56,161 nt of DNA from Thermoplasmata archaeon (GTDB lineage: Archaea; Thermoplasmatota; Thermoplasmata; Lutacidiplasmatales; UBA184). The stretch covers positions 1 through 56,161 of the forward strand of contig JASHSP010000062.1 in assembly GCA_030038655.1 (NCBI GenBank), given 5' to 3'. The translations under genes and the position numbers were made by a program. Below the pieces are notes generated by a model. That model was not told the DNA's origin. It saw nothing but the letters and a program-made list of their open reading frames with translations, and ran no database searches. Positions 28,389 through 37,606 of this stretch are shown piece by piece. How positions within the stretch are numbered: position 1 is the stretch's first letter; every line of letters starts with the position of its first letter.

Positions 28389-30565
28389 ACCCCTCGTCCC
28401 CGGGCCCATCGCCCGTCGGACCCCGCACCCGCCTCCTGCGCAGCCTCCGGTCCGCGCTCCTGATGGACGAGCGAGGCGACGTGGAGCTTCGACGCGAGAC
28501 CCGCGGTGCGGTCCTCGAGTGGGGCGGGGTCTACGGGCAGCTCGTTCGCCTCACCGGACCCTGGCGCGTAACGGTCGAGGCGGACGACGCCGCCGGGGAC
28601 CTCCCGACTACCCGAACGGCGTTTCGTCGAACGGGGGACCTTTACGAGAGCTGGCACCGGATCGGTCGCCTGGCGGTCCACCAGGCGATCGCTCCGACGC
28701 TCGACACGCCGGGGGCGGTGCGCGCCCTCCGGTTCTCCGTGCCGGACGGGGGCCCGGTGCGGGCGGAGATCACGAGCTCGTTCGAGCCGTTCCTTCTTCC
28801 GGTCTTGGTGGAAGGCATCCGCCCGACCTCGTACCACGTCGAGACGCGTCCCCTGGAGCTCCGGGTGCGTCAACGAGCGTTCGCCCTGTCGCTCCGGTCC
28901 GACGTAACCCCGAGCCACCTGCTGCTGAACCGGGGCTCCTGGCTGGGAGGACGTTTCCGCGGGGGCGTTCGCGAGGTCGGGTCCACCTACGACCTCCTCA
29001 TCGGACCCGGCTCCGCGAGCGAGCTCCGCCTTTCGATCGTGGGGGGCCTTCTGCGCGACCTGGAGCCCGCCGACGCGACCGCGGGCCGGACGATCCCCGG
29101 GCCGGCCGCAGAAGCCGCCGAGTCGGAGCGCCGGGAGGCCGCGTGGCGGTCAACGACCCCCGAACTTCGCTTTCCAGGGGCCCCGGAGCTCGAGCGGGCG
29201 TACAGTCTAGCGCGAAGCTCCCTGCGCGCGCTGTACTCGACCCCGGGAGAGGACCTGACCGGCCTCGTCGCCGGCTATCCGTGGTACTCCTCGCTCTGGT
29301 GCCGGGACATCGCCTGGATGCTGCCGGCCCTGCTCTGGCTGGGCGACTTCGACTGGACGTTCCGTTCGATCGGATCGGTGCTGCGGTTCCAAGCGGGCGC
29401 GGAGCTGGACATCCTCGGAGGGGAGCCGGGGGAGCTGCCGATGCAGCTGAGCCCCGGCCCGATCTTCCTGTACGGAACGTCGGACACGACGCTCTACTAC
29501 CCGGAGCTGGGGCTACGGTTCGTGCGACACGCCGGCGATCCTTCGGCGGTCGGGGCCTGGTTGCCCGCGATCGCTCGTGCCATTGCGTGGGGCCGCCGAC
29601 GCACGGATCCGGCCACGGGGCTCCTGCGGAACGGGGGCGAGGCGGCCGCGATCGCGACCGCGACGTCCGCACTGGCGCGCGTTCGCTACGGCATCGATGC
29701 GCCGGACACCACGATCTGGGACTCGGCCGACCGGCGGGACCACGCGATCGACGTTCAGGTACTGTGGCACGGCGCCCTGCGGGCGACCGCCGACCTACTG
29801 GCGAACGTCCCCGGCGGGACGCCCGACAACGACCTGGGGGCCCTCGCGGATCGGACGGCGGAGTCGATCCGGACGCGGTACGCCTGGCCCGAGGAGGGGT
29901 ACCTGTTCGACTCCATCCGCGCGGGCCGGCCGGTCGCACGGCTCCGTCCCAATGCCCTCCGGGCCGTGAGCGCCGGCCTCGTTGACCCCGGCACCGGGCG
30001 GTCGGTGGTACGCCGCGCCGCCCGGGAGGACCTCTCGACCCCGTGGGGGATTCGAACCCTCTCCAGCCGGGATCCGGGGTACTCCCCGACCGCGTACCAC
30101 GACGGCCAGGTCTGGCCGATCGCCACGGCGTGGGCGGCCGACGCGGCGTTCGCGGCCGGAGAACGCGACCTGGGCCTCGACTTCCTGCACCGCCTCGCGG
30201 CCCGGTACCTCGCCGAGGACGGCGAGGCGAACGAATGCTACCGGGGTGACCGCCCCGAGCCGTTCGATTCCTGCTTCCTGCTGGGGTTCAGCGTCGGACC
30301 GTTCCTCACGGTGCTGTTCGAGCGGCTGTGGGGTCTCTCCGTCGACGCGCGGAAGCCGTGGCTCGGCGTCCGCCCCCAGTTCCCCCCCGAGTGGCCGTCG
30401 GCCTCCCTCGCGGGGCTCCGCGTCGGTCCGGGGCGCGTGACCCTGGAGTGGACCCCCGGAGCGCTCGAGGCCGCGTGGACGGGACCGGGCCCGCTCGAAG
30501 TGTCGGGACCCGGCGGTCCGTTCCGGCTCGCGCCGGGCGGTCGCGACCGGACGGCGGGTCCGTGA
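28385..30565 (+). CDS. Amylo-alpha-1,6-glucosidase / (alpha/alpha)6 glycoside hydrolase
   Basis: AGYPWY..WCRD, SDTTLYY, IWDS, WGIRTLS, YHDGQVWP, ECY. Confidence 0.85.
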   Translation: MNPSSPGPSPVGPRTRLLRSLRSALLMDERGDVELRRETRGAVLEWGGVYGQLVRLTGPWRVTVEADDAAGDLPTTRTAFRRTGDLYESWHRIGRLAVHQAIAPTLDTPGAVRALRFSVPDGGPVRAEITSSFEPFLLPVLVEGIRPTSYHVETRPLELRVRQRAFALSLRSDVTPSHLLLNRGSWLGGRFRGGVREVGSTYDLLIGPGSASELRLSIVGGLLRDLEPADATAGRTIPGPAAEAAESERREAAWRSTTPELRFPGAPELERAYSLARSSLRALYSTPGEDLTGLVAGYPWYSSLWCRDIAWMLPALLWLGDFDWTFRSIGSVLRFQAGAELDILGGEPGELPMQLSPGPIFLYGTSDTTLYYPELGLRFVRHAGDPSAVGAWLPAIARAIAWGRRRTDPATGLLRNGGEAAAIATATSALARVRYGIDAPDTTIWDSADRRDHAIDVQVLWHGALRATADLLANVPGGTPDNDLGALADRTAESIRTRYAWPEEGYLFDSIRAGRPVARLRPNALRAVSAGLVDPGTGRSVVRRAAREDLSTPWGIRTLSSRDPGYSPTAYHDGQVWPIATAWAADAAFAAGERDLGLDFLHRLAARYLAEDGEANECYRGDRPEPFDSCFLLGFSVGPFLTVLFERLWGLSVDARKPWLGVRPQFPPEWPSASLAGLRVGPGRVTLEWTPGALEAAWTGPGPLEVSGPGGPFRLAPGGRDRTAGP

Positions 30566-30614
30566 CGGCGCGCGGGTCGCTCTCTTCATTAACCGACGTT
30601 CTACCCGGCCCGCG

Positions 30615-31547
30615 ATGGGATCCGCGATCGAGGTCCACGGGCTCGTCAAGCGGTACGACGGCCTCGCCGCGGTCGCCGGGATCGACTTCGAGGTCCCCGC
30701 CGGCACGGTGTTCGCCTTCCTCGGACCGAACGGAGCCGGCAAGACCACGACGGTGGAGATCCTCGAGGGGCTGCGGCGCCGGACCGAGGGGTCGGTCGTC
30801 GTCCTAGGGCTCGACCCCTGGGCGGACGGGGCGACGCTCCACCGCCGGATCGGCGTGATCCCCCAGGACTTCCACTTCTTCGAGAAGATCACCCCGAAGG
30901 AGGCGATCGAGTACTACCGCAGCCTGTTCGGGAGCGACGCGGACCCGGGCCGGCTGCTGGCCCAGGTCGAACTGCTCGACAAGAGCGGGGCCCGGTTCGA
31001 CACCCTCTCCGGTGGCCAGAAGCAGAAGCTTGGGCTCGCCCTCGCCCTCGCGAACGACCCCGAGGTCTGCTTTCTCGACGAGCCGACGACCGGGCTTGAC
31101 CCCCACGCACGCCGGGCGATCTGGAGCGTGATCCGGTCGTTGCGCCAGGACGGCCGCACCGTGTTCCTCACCACCCACTACCTCGAGGAGGCCCAGCTGC
31201 TCGCCGACCGAGTGGCGATCATCCACCGGGGACGGATCATCGCGTCCGGAACGCCCGACCAGATCATCCGCGCGCACGGCCGCCCGGCGCGCCTGCGCGT
31301 CGCGGGGCCGCCCGGCCTCGCGGACCTCCTCGCGAAGGAGCTGGGGGTCCGCGCCCGGTTCGAGGACGGACGCATCGAGGTCGACCTCGCGGACAAGCGG
31401 GACGCGCTCCGCATCCTCGGGGCGATCGAGCGAAGCGGGCTGCCGTGGGACTCGTTCACCACGCACGAGGACACGCTCGAGGACGTCTTCGTCCGGATGG
31501 TCGGTCGGATGGACGACGGGGCGCTCAAGTCGGAGGTCCCGTCATGA
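30615..31547 (+). CDS. ABC-2 exporter ATP-binding subunit
   Basis: GPNGAGKT, LSGGQ, FLDEPTTGLDP, TTHYLEEA. Confidence 0.95.
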   Translation: MGSAIEVHGLVKRYDGLAAVAGIDFEVPAGTVFAFLGPNGAGKTTTVEILEGLRRRTEGSVVVLGLDPWADGATLHRRIGVIPQDFHFFEKITPKEAIEYYRSLFGSDADPGRLLAQVELLDKSGARFDTLSGGQKQKLGLALALANDPEVCFLDEPTTGLDPHARRAIWSVIRSLRQDGRTVFLTTHYLEEAQLLADRVAIIHRGRIIASGTPDQIIRAHGRPARLRVAGPPGLADLLAKELGVRARFEDGRIEVDLADKRDALRILGAIERSGLPWDSFTTHEDTLEDVFVRMVGRMDDGALKSEVPS

Positions 31548-32665
31548 AGCCGTCCCGGATCGGGGCGGACTTCCGGATCGTGTACCGGTCGTACTCCCGG
31601 AACCCCGTCGCCCTCTTCTTCTCGCTCATCTTCCCGATCATCCTGATCGGCCTGTTCGGCCTCATCTTCTCCAGCATTGGCTCGACCTCGGCGACGCTCG
31701 TCGTCCTGAACGAGGACCACAACTCCCACGACAGCCAGCGGTTCCTGAGCGCCCTGAACAACACCTCCCTGGTCTCGATCAAGCTCGAGTCGGTCGCCCC
31801 CGCCGACTTCGCGACGTGGCTCGGCCAGAACGACTACTCGGCCGGGATGATCATTCCCGCCGGGTTCCAGGGGAACGCCAGCAACAACACGACGACCAAT
31901 CTCACCCTCTTCGTCAACCCCCAGGACTCGGCGACGGAGGGCGAGGTCCTCACTGCCGTGCAGGGGGTCGCCGCGGCGTTCAACCTGGAGGCCAAGTGCG
32001 GCGGCGCGACGAACTGCACGCCGGTGATCGCGCTCGCGCCGCTGCGGAACGTCGGGAGCCAGGTCTACACCTACATCGATTACCTGATCCCCGGGCTCAT
32101 CGGGTTCTCCATCCTCACGAGTCCGATGTTCTCCCTGGTGGACGTCTCCTCCTCCTACCGGAAGGAGGGGATCTTCCGGCAGCTTTCCCTCACCCCGCTC
32201 ACCCGCGCCGAGTGGCTCACCGCGCGCGTCGTCTGGTACGTGATGCTCACGTTCGCGGCCGCCGGCATCATGATCGGGACGGGCGTCTACGGGTTCGGGG
32301 CGCACGTCACTCTGACGCTCGGGATGATCCCGTTCCTGGTCGTCGGCCCGTTCTTCTTCGTCTCCCTCGGCATGCTCTGCGGCACCGTCTCGAAGACCCC
32401 CGAGGCCGCCGCGCTCATCGGGAACATCGTCACGTTCCCGATGATGTTCCTGTCGGGGACGTTCTTCCAGGTGTCGAGCTTCCCGCCGGACCTCGCCGCG
32501 GTCGCCCACGCCCTTCCGCTCTACTACGTGATCGACGGGATGAACCAGGTGATGCTGTTCCAGAACTCGACCCGCGCGTTCACGGACTTCCTGGTCGTGC
32601 TGGTCGCCTCGGTCGTCGTCTTCGTCCTGGCGGTCCGACTGTTCCAGTGGCGGGACGAGCGATGA
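31544..32665 (+). CDS. ABC-2 exporter permease
   Basis: N-terminal TM, extracellular domain, YLIPG, PMMFLSGTFF, LPLYY; ATGA overlap. Confidence 0.92.
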   Translation: MKPSRIGADFRIVYRSYSRNPVALFFSLIFPIILIGLFGLIFSSIGSTSATLVVLNEDHNSHDSQRFLSALNNTSLVSIKLESVAPADFATWLGQNDYSAGMIIPAGFQGNASNNTTTNLTLFVNPQDSATEGEVLTAVQGVAAAFNLEAKCGGATNCTPVIALAPLRNVGSQVYTYIDYLIPGLIGFSILTSPMFSLVDVSSSYRKEGIFRQLSLTPLTRAEWLTARVVWYVMLTFAAAGIMIGTGVYGFGAHVTLTLGMIPFLVVGPFFFVSLGMLCGTVSKTPEAAALIGNIVTFPMMFLSGTFFQVSSFPPDLAAVAHALPLYYVIDGMNQVMLFQNSTRAFTDFLVVLVASVVVFVLAVRLFQWRDER

Positions 32666-33249
32666 GCCCGCCCGAGCCCGCCCCCGTCGACGGAGGCGCG
32701 TTCCGCGCTTTCATGGCCGGGTGGGCGACGGGCGTTTCCGTCGTGACGGCCCGCGCGGGGGGGCGGGACGCCGGTCTCACCGTGAACGCCTTCCTTTCGG
32801 TTTCCCTCGACCCGCCGTCCGTGCTGGTCAGCCTCACGCGCGACGTCGACACGCTCCCCGTCATCGAGTCCAGTCGCGCGTTCGCGGTGAGCTTCCTCGC
32901 CGCCGACCAGCGAGCGCTCAGCGAGCGGTTCGCCCGCGCGGTCCCGGCGGCCGAGAAGTTCCGCGGTCTGCCGGTCCACCGCGGCCCGTCGGGGATCGCG
33001 CTCCCGGACGGCACCCTGGGCGCCGCCGAGTGCCGGGTCGTTTCCATCGCGCCGCTCTACGACCACGTCCTGGTCGCGGCGGAGGTCGTCCGCCTCGAGG
33101 CGGGGCGGGACGCCCCGCCGCTCCTGTTCTTCCGCTCCGCCTACGGTGAGCCGGACCCCGACGGCCGGCTTCGGCTTCCTCCCCCCGGCCGTAAGTCCGG
33201 TCGCCGGACGCGCCGGTCGCCGGGCAGGCGGCGGGGAGCGCCGCTTTAA
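32662..33249 (+). CDS. Flavin reductase family protein
   Basis: FRAFMAGWATGVSVVT, SVSLDPP, YDHVL. Confidence 0.9.
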   Translation: MSPPEPAPVDGGAFRAFMAGWATGVSVVTARAGGRDAGLTVNAFLSVSLDPPSVLVSLTRDVDTLPVIESSRAFAVSFLAADQRALSERFARAVPAAEKFRGLPVHRGPSGIALPDGTLGAAECRVVSIAPLYDHVLVAAEVVRLEAGRDAPPLLFFRSAYGEPDPDGRLRLPPPGRKSGRRTRRSPGRRRGAPL

Positions 33250-33273
33250 CCCCGCCCACTCCTTCTTCGGGGG

Positions 33274-34239
33274 ATGCCGGCCGACGAGCGGGCGGTGCGC
33301 GTCGCGATCGTCGGCAGCGGCCCGGCCGGACTCACGGCCGCCCTGTACTGCGCCCGCGCGGAGCTGAAGCCGGTGGTCCTCTCGGGCATCCCACCCGGAG
33401 GGCAGCTGCTGATCACCACGGATGTCGAGAACTACCCCGGTTTCCCCGAAGGGATCCAGGGGCCGGAGCTGATCGACCGGATGCGCCGGCAGGCCGAGCG
33501 GTTCGGCGCGGAGTTCGTGGACGACAACGTGACCCAGGTCGACTTCACGCACCGCCCGTTCCTGCTCCGGACCGGTACGCACGGCTCGTTCCGCGCGGAC
33601 GCCGTCATCGTCACGACGGGGGCGAACGCCCGGTGGCTCGAGCTCCCATCGGAGGCGCGCCTGCGGGGGCACGGGATCAGCGCCTGCGCGACCTGCGACG
33701 GGTTCTTCTTCAAGGGCCTCGAGCTGGCCGTGGTCGGCGGCGGGGACACCGCGATGGAGGAGGCCCTCTTCCTCACGAACTTCGCCACCAAGGTGACCGT
33801 GATCCACCGCCGGGACCGGCTCCGGGCGAGCCCGATCATGCAGCAGCGGGCGCGGAGCCACCCGAAGATCGCCTTCCTCCTGGACACCGAGGTCGTCGAG
33901 GTCCTCGGGGCGGACAAGGTCGAGGGGCTACGGCTCCGGAACGCCCGCAGCCAGGCCACGAGCGAACTCAAGGTCGGCGGGCTCTTCGTCGCGATCGGCT
34001 ACGTCCCGGCGACGGACGTCTTCCGCGGGGTGCTCGACCTCGACGAGAAGGGGTACCTCCGGGTCCACGACCACACGCGGACGAACGTGGAGGGGGTGTT
34101 CGCCGCCGGGGACGTCAACGACCACCGGTACCGCCAGGCGGTGAGCGCGGCCGGGGCGGGGTGCATGGCAGCGATCGATGCCGAACGGTGGCTCTCCGAA
34201 CGGGCGTCCTCGCCGGTGCGGCCCGCGACTGCCCGGTAG
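33274..34239 (+). CDS. trxB: Thioredoxin-disulfide reductase
   Basis: GSGPAG, CATCDG, GGGDTA, HRRD, GVFAAGD; TTTAA at 33245-33249. Confidence 0.96.
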   Translation: MPADERAVRVAIVGSGPAGLTAALYCARAELKPVVLSGIPPGGQLLITTDVENYPGFPEGIQGPELIDRMRRQAERFGAEFVDDNVTQVDFTHRPFLLRTGTHGSFRADAVIVTTGANARWLELPSEARLRGHGISACATCDGFFFKGLELAVVGGGDTAMEEALFLTNFATKVTVIHRRDRLRASPIMQQRARSHPKIAFLLDTEVVEVLGADKVEGLRLRNARSQATSELKVGGLFVAIGYVPATDVFRGVLDLDEKGYLRVHDHTRTNVEGVFAAGDVNDHRYRQAVSAAGAGCMAAIDAERWLSERASSPVRPATAR

Positions 34240-34282
34240 GCTTTAATTACGTTCTGCCCGGTGGCACGGCCGAGCCGCCCGC

Positions 34283-34474
34283 GTGCCGAGCAAGAAGAGC
34301 CTCCACATCGAGTCGTCGGGGCAGCTCTGCATCTACTGCGGGGCGTGCGTCGGGATCTGCCCCCTCAACTGCATCTACCTCGACGAGACGCGGATCACGT
34401 TCGACGAGCGGGTCTGCACGCGGTGCGAGATCTGCGTGAAGGCGTGCCCGGTCGGCGCGATCGAGATCGACTGA
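34283..34474 (+). CDS. 2x[4Fe-4S] ferredoxin
   Basis: CIYCGACVGICP and CTRCEICVKACP. Confidence 0.93.
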   Translation: MPSKKSLHIESSGQLCIYCGACVGICPLNCIYLDETRITFDERVCTRCEICVKACPVGAIEID

Positions 34475-34496
34475 AACGGCCCGTACGGGGAGTCGC

Positions 34497-35687
34497 ATGG
34501 TCCAGAACCTGAAGACCGACGTGCTCGTCATCGGCGCCGGCCCCGCGGGCAGCATGACGGCGAAGTGGGCCGCGAAGCACGGCGCGAAGGTCCTGATGAT
34601 CGAGAAGCGGCAGGAGATCGGCAGCCCGGTCCGGTGCGGCGAGGGGATGAGCAAGGAGTGGCTCAAGGAGGTCGAGATCAAGCCCGGCCGCTGGATCAAC
34701 GTCGAGGTCGAGGGCGCGCGGATCTACTCCCCGTCCGAGAAGGTCTTCGAGATCAACGAGAAGCACGCCGGCAACGAGGTCGGGTACGTCGTCGAGCGCG
34801 ACGAGTTCGACAAGCAGCTCGCGATCGACGCGGCGAACGCGGGCGTGGAGGTCCTGCTCAAGACGGCGGCCACGTCGCTCCTCAAGGATGGGAACCGGGT
34901 CGTCGGCGTGAAGGCGAAGGCGTTCGGCGAGCCGTTCGAGATCCGGGCCCCGGTGACGATCGGCGCGGACGGGTTCGAGAGCCAGGTCGGCCGGTGGGCG
35001 GGGATCCCGACGAACATCGCGATGCGCGACATGGACACGTGTCTCCAGTACCGGATGACGAACGTCGACTGCGACGTCCGCTACTGCGACTTCTTCCTCG
35101 GACGGGTCGCTCCCGGGGGCTACGTCTGGATCTTCCCGAAGGGCGAGGGTCTCGCCAACGTCGGGATCGGCGTCCAGGTGAGCCAGGTGTCGAGCCCGGC
35201 GGACGCCCGCACCTACCTCGACCGGTGGATCGCGAACCACCCCGGGTACGCGAAGGGCAAGAAGATCGACATGGTCGGCGGCGGGGTCTCCATCTCCGCA
35301 CCGTTGAAGCAGACCGTCGCGGACGGGATCATGCTCGTCGGCGACGCCGCCCGGATGATCGACCCTCTGACCGGCGGCGGGATCGCGAACGGATGCATCG
35401 CCGGGAAGATCTGCGGCACGGTCGCCGCCGAGGCGGCCGCCGCGGGCGACCCTTCGAAGGAGTTCTTCCAGAAGTACGAGAAGGGATGGCGGGCGCGGCT
35501 CGAGGAGAAGCTCTACCGCAACTGGCTCGCGAAGGAGAAGCTCGTCACCCTGAGCGACACGACGTTCGACAAGGTCGTGGACGCGCTCGCCGGGGTCCGC
35601 CTCGAGAAGCTCAACGTCCACAACATCCTCCGGGCGGTCCACGAGAAGTACCCCGAGGTGACGAAGGAGTTCGAGGCGTTCCTCTGA
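34497..35687 (+). CDS. Digeranylgeranylglycerophospholipid (geranylgeranyl) reductase
   Basis: GAGPAG, PVRCGE, PGGYVWIFP, VGDAA, TGGGI. Confidence 0.92.
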   Translation: MVQNLKTDVLVIGAGPAGSMTAKWAAKHGAKVLMIEKRQEIGSPVRCGEGMSKEWLKEVEIKPGRWINVEVEGARIYSPSEKVFEINEKHAGNEVGYVVERDEFDKQLAIDAANAGVEVLLKTAATSLLKDGNRVVGVKAKAFGEPFEIRAPVTIGADGFESQVGRWAGIPTNIAMRDMDTCLQYRMTNVDCDVRYCDFFLGRVAPGGYVWIFPKGEGLANVGIGVQVSQVSSPADARTYLDRWIANHPGYAKGKKIDMVGGGVSISAPLKQTVADGIMLVGDAARMIDPLTGGGIANGCIAGKICGTVAAEAAAAGDPSKEFFQKYEKGWRARLEEKLYRNWLAKEKLVTLSDTTFDKVVDALAGVRLEKLNVHNILRAVHEKYPEVTKEFEAFL

Positions 35688-35706
35688 CCGCCCCGACCGA
35701 CCGCTG

Positions 35707-36339
35707 ATGCCCGGCGCCCCGAACCGACCCCCCGAGGCGACCCCGCCGCCCCCACCGGTCGTCGCGACCTCGCCCGAGCGCAAGGTGCTCCGTCGGCTCG
35801 TGCCGTCGCACGTGGCGCTCCTGCTGGACACCTGGAAGGGTCCGCTCTCTCCCGACCTCGTCCTCCCGCTCGAGAAGGCCGAGGCCGCCTACGCCGCGTC
35901 GGACTTCCCGACCGCGACCACGGCGCTGGACGTGCTCTCCGTTCGGCTCGCCGAGCCGCGATGGCCGACGATCCCCGAGCCGTTCCGGCTCCTGCGCGTC
36001 CCGATTCCCGCGCCGATGCCGCCGTCCTGGGACCCGGAGCACGCCCTGCCGGCGCCGGAGAAGGAGGCGCGCCGCGCCCGCAAGGAGGCCGAGACCCAGC
36101 TCGCCCTCGCCGCCGGCTGCGTCGCCTGGGCGACGGGGCACGGGGTCGCCGCGGAGGACCTCGCCCCCCGGCTCGACATCGCCCGAACCGCGCTCGACGC
36201 CGACGGGGTCCCTCCGCCGTTCCACGAGGCGATCGACGCCCTCTGGACGGCGCTGCGGCCCCGGCTCCCGAGGCCGAAGGTCTCCGGCACCCGCGCCGCA
36301 CCGGCGGTCGCGCCGGAGTCCGAGCCCGAGGAAGCCTGA
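35707..36339 (+). CDS. Hypothetical protein
   Basis: Fills the gap between GGR and the DUF1028-like gene; helical, protein-like composition. Confidence 0.7.
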   Translation: MPGAPNRPPEATPPPPPVVATSPERKVLRRLVPSHVALLLDTWKGPLSPDLVLPLEKAEAAYAASDFPTATTALDVLSVRLAEPRWPTIPEPFRLLRVPIPAPMPPSWDPEHALPAPEKEARRARKEAETQLALAAGCVAWATGHGVAAEDLAPRLDIARTALDADGVPPPFHEAIDALWTALRPRLPRPKVSGTRAAPAVAPESEPEEA

Positions 36340-36386
36340 GGCGGCCGCCGAGACGTTAAGGCGGCGGGCCGGGTCGGGGGCGGTCG

Positions 36387-37388
36387 ATGGCGCCTCCCCG
36401 GTTCGGTACCTTCTCCATCGTCGCGCACGACCCCGAGACGGCGGCGTGGGGCGTCGCCGTCCAGTCGAAGTTCATCGCCGTGGGCGCGGTCGTCCCGTTC
36501 GCCGAAGCCGGCGTCGGGGCCGTGGCGACCCAGGCCCTGGCCAACGCGACCTACGGCCCGGACGGGTTGGCCCTGCTCCGGAAAGGGGAGTCCGCCGACG
36601 AGGTCGTGCGCCGGCTCACGAGCGCGGACTCGGGCCGGGACGAACGGCAGCTGGGCGTCGTGGACGCGAAGGGGCACGCCGCCTCGTTCACCGGCTCGAA
36701 GTGCCTCGACTGGGCCGGCCACGAGGTCGGGGCCGGGTTCGCCTGCCAGGGGAACATCCTGGCCGGACCCGCGGTGGTCCGCGCGATGGCCCGGGCGTAC
36801 GAGTCGACCCGCGGCGACATCCTGGACCGGCTCCTCGCCGCGCTCGTCTCCGGGCAGCGGGAGGGCGGCGACCGCCGCGGCATGCAGTCGGCCGCGCTGC
36901 TGGTCGCGAAGAAGGGCGGAGGCTACGGCGGGGCCAGCGACCGCTGGGTCGATGTCCGCGTGGACGACCACCCGCACCCGATCGAAGAGCTGCGACGCGT
37001 GTTCCGACTCTACGACCTGACGATGCTCTCCCGGGAGGACCCCGCGACGCTGCTCCGCATCCAGGGCGAGACCGCCGCGGCGCTCCAGCACGACCTCGGC
37101 GTCCTGGGCTACTACACGGGGAGGCTGAACGGGACCTGGGACCCCCCGAGCCAGGCGGCGTTCGCCCGGTTCATCGGCGAGCACAACTTCGAGAACAAGC
37201 AGCGCGAGGACGGTACCGTCTGGCCGTCGATCGTGGCCTACCTCAAGGAGCGCGCCGCGCAGGAGGTCGAGCGGCGCACCCGCACCGCGCCGATCGTCCC
37301 CGGCGCCCTCGACCGAGGTCCCGGAGCGTCCCCGGGGGGAGGGTCCGCATCGGCGCCGCCCGCGCCCCGGCGCCCTCGGTCCGGGTGA
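36387..37388 (+). CDS. DUF1028-like (Ntn-hydrolase-like) protein with C-terminal PG-binding-like domain
   Basis: TFSIVA, GVAVQSKF, ATQA, QGNIL, GGDRRGMQSAA, VRVDDH. Confidence 0.88.
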   Translation: MAPPRFGTFSIVAHDPETAAWGVAVQSKFIAVGAVVPFAEAGVGAVATQALANATYGPDGLALLRKGESADEVVRRLTSADSGRDERQLGVVDAKGHAASFTGSKCLDWAGHEVGAGFACQGNILAGPAVVRAMARAYESTRGDILDRLLAALVSGQREGGDRRGMQSAALLVAKKGGGYGGASDRWVDVRVDDHPHPIEELRRVFRLYDLTMLSREDPATLLRIQGETAAALQHDLGVLGYYTGRLNGTWDPPSQAAFARFIGEHNFENKQREDGTVWPSIVAYLKERAAQEVERRTRTAPIVPGALDRGPGASPGGGSASAPPAPRRPRSG

Positions 37389-37606
37389 CGGTCGTCGTCC
37401 GACGACGGTGCCGCTCCCCGGAGGCGGCGCGCGCGCTCCGCGCGGCGGTCCGGGCCGACACCCCCGACTTCGTCCGCTTCCGTGTCCGCGGGCCCACCCT
37501 CACGATCCGGCTCGAGGCCGCCACCGCCGCGAGCGCCCGGGCCACGCTGGACGACCTCCTCGCCTGCCTCGGCGCGGCGGAGCGGGCGGCGGGGCGGACC
37601 GTCTGA
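37385..37606 (+). CDS. pcc1: KEOPS complex subunit Pcc1
   Basis: 73 aa; ARALRAAVRAD..LTIRLEAATAASARATLDDLLACL; GTG overlaps the upstream stop. Confidence 0.75.
   Translation: MTVVVRRRCRSPEAARALRAAVRADTPDFVRFRVRGPTLTIRLEAATAASARATLDDLLACLGAAERAAGRTV

Noticed and set aside
30046-30059. GGGGATTCGAACCC, resembling a reverse-complement tRNA T-arm
   Set aside because: It encodes the WGIRTL motif of the glycoside hydrolase, and no cloverleaf surrounds it.
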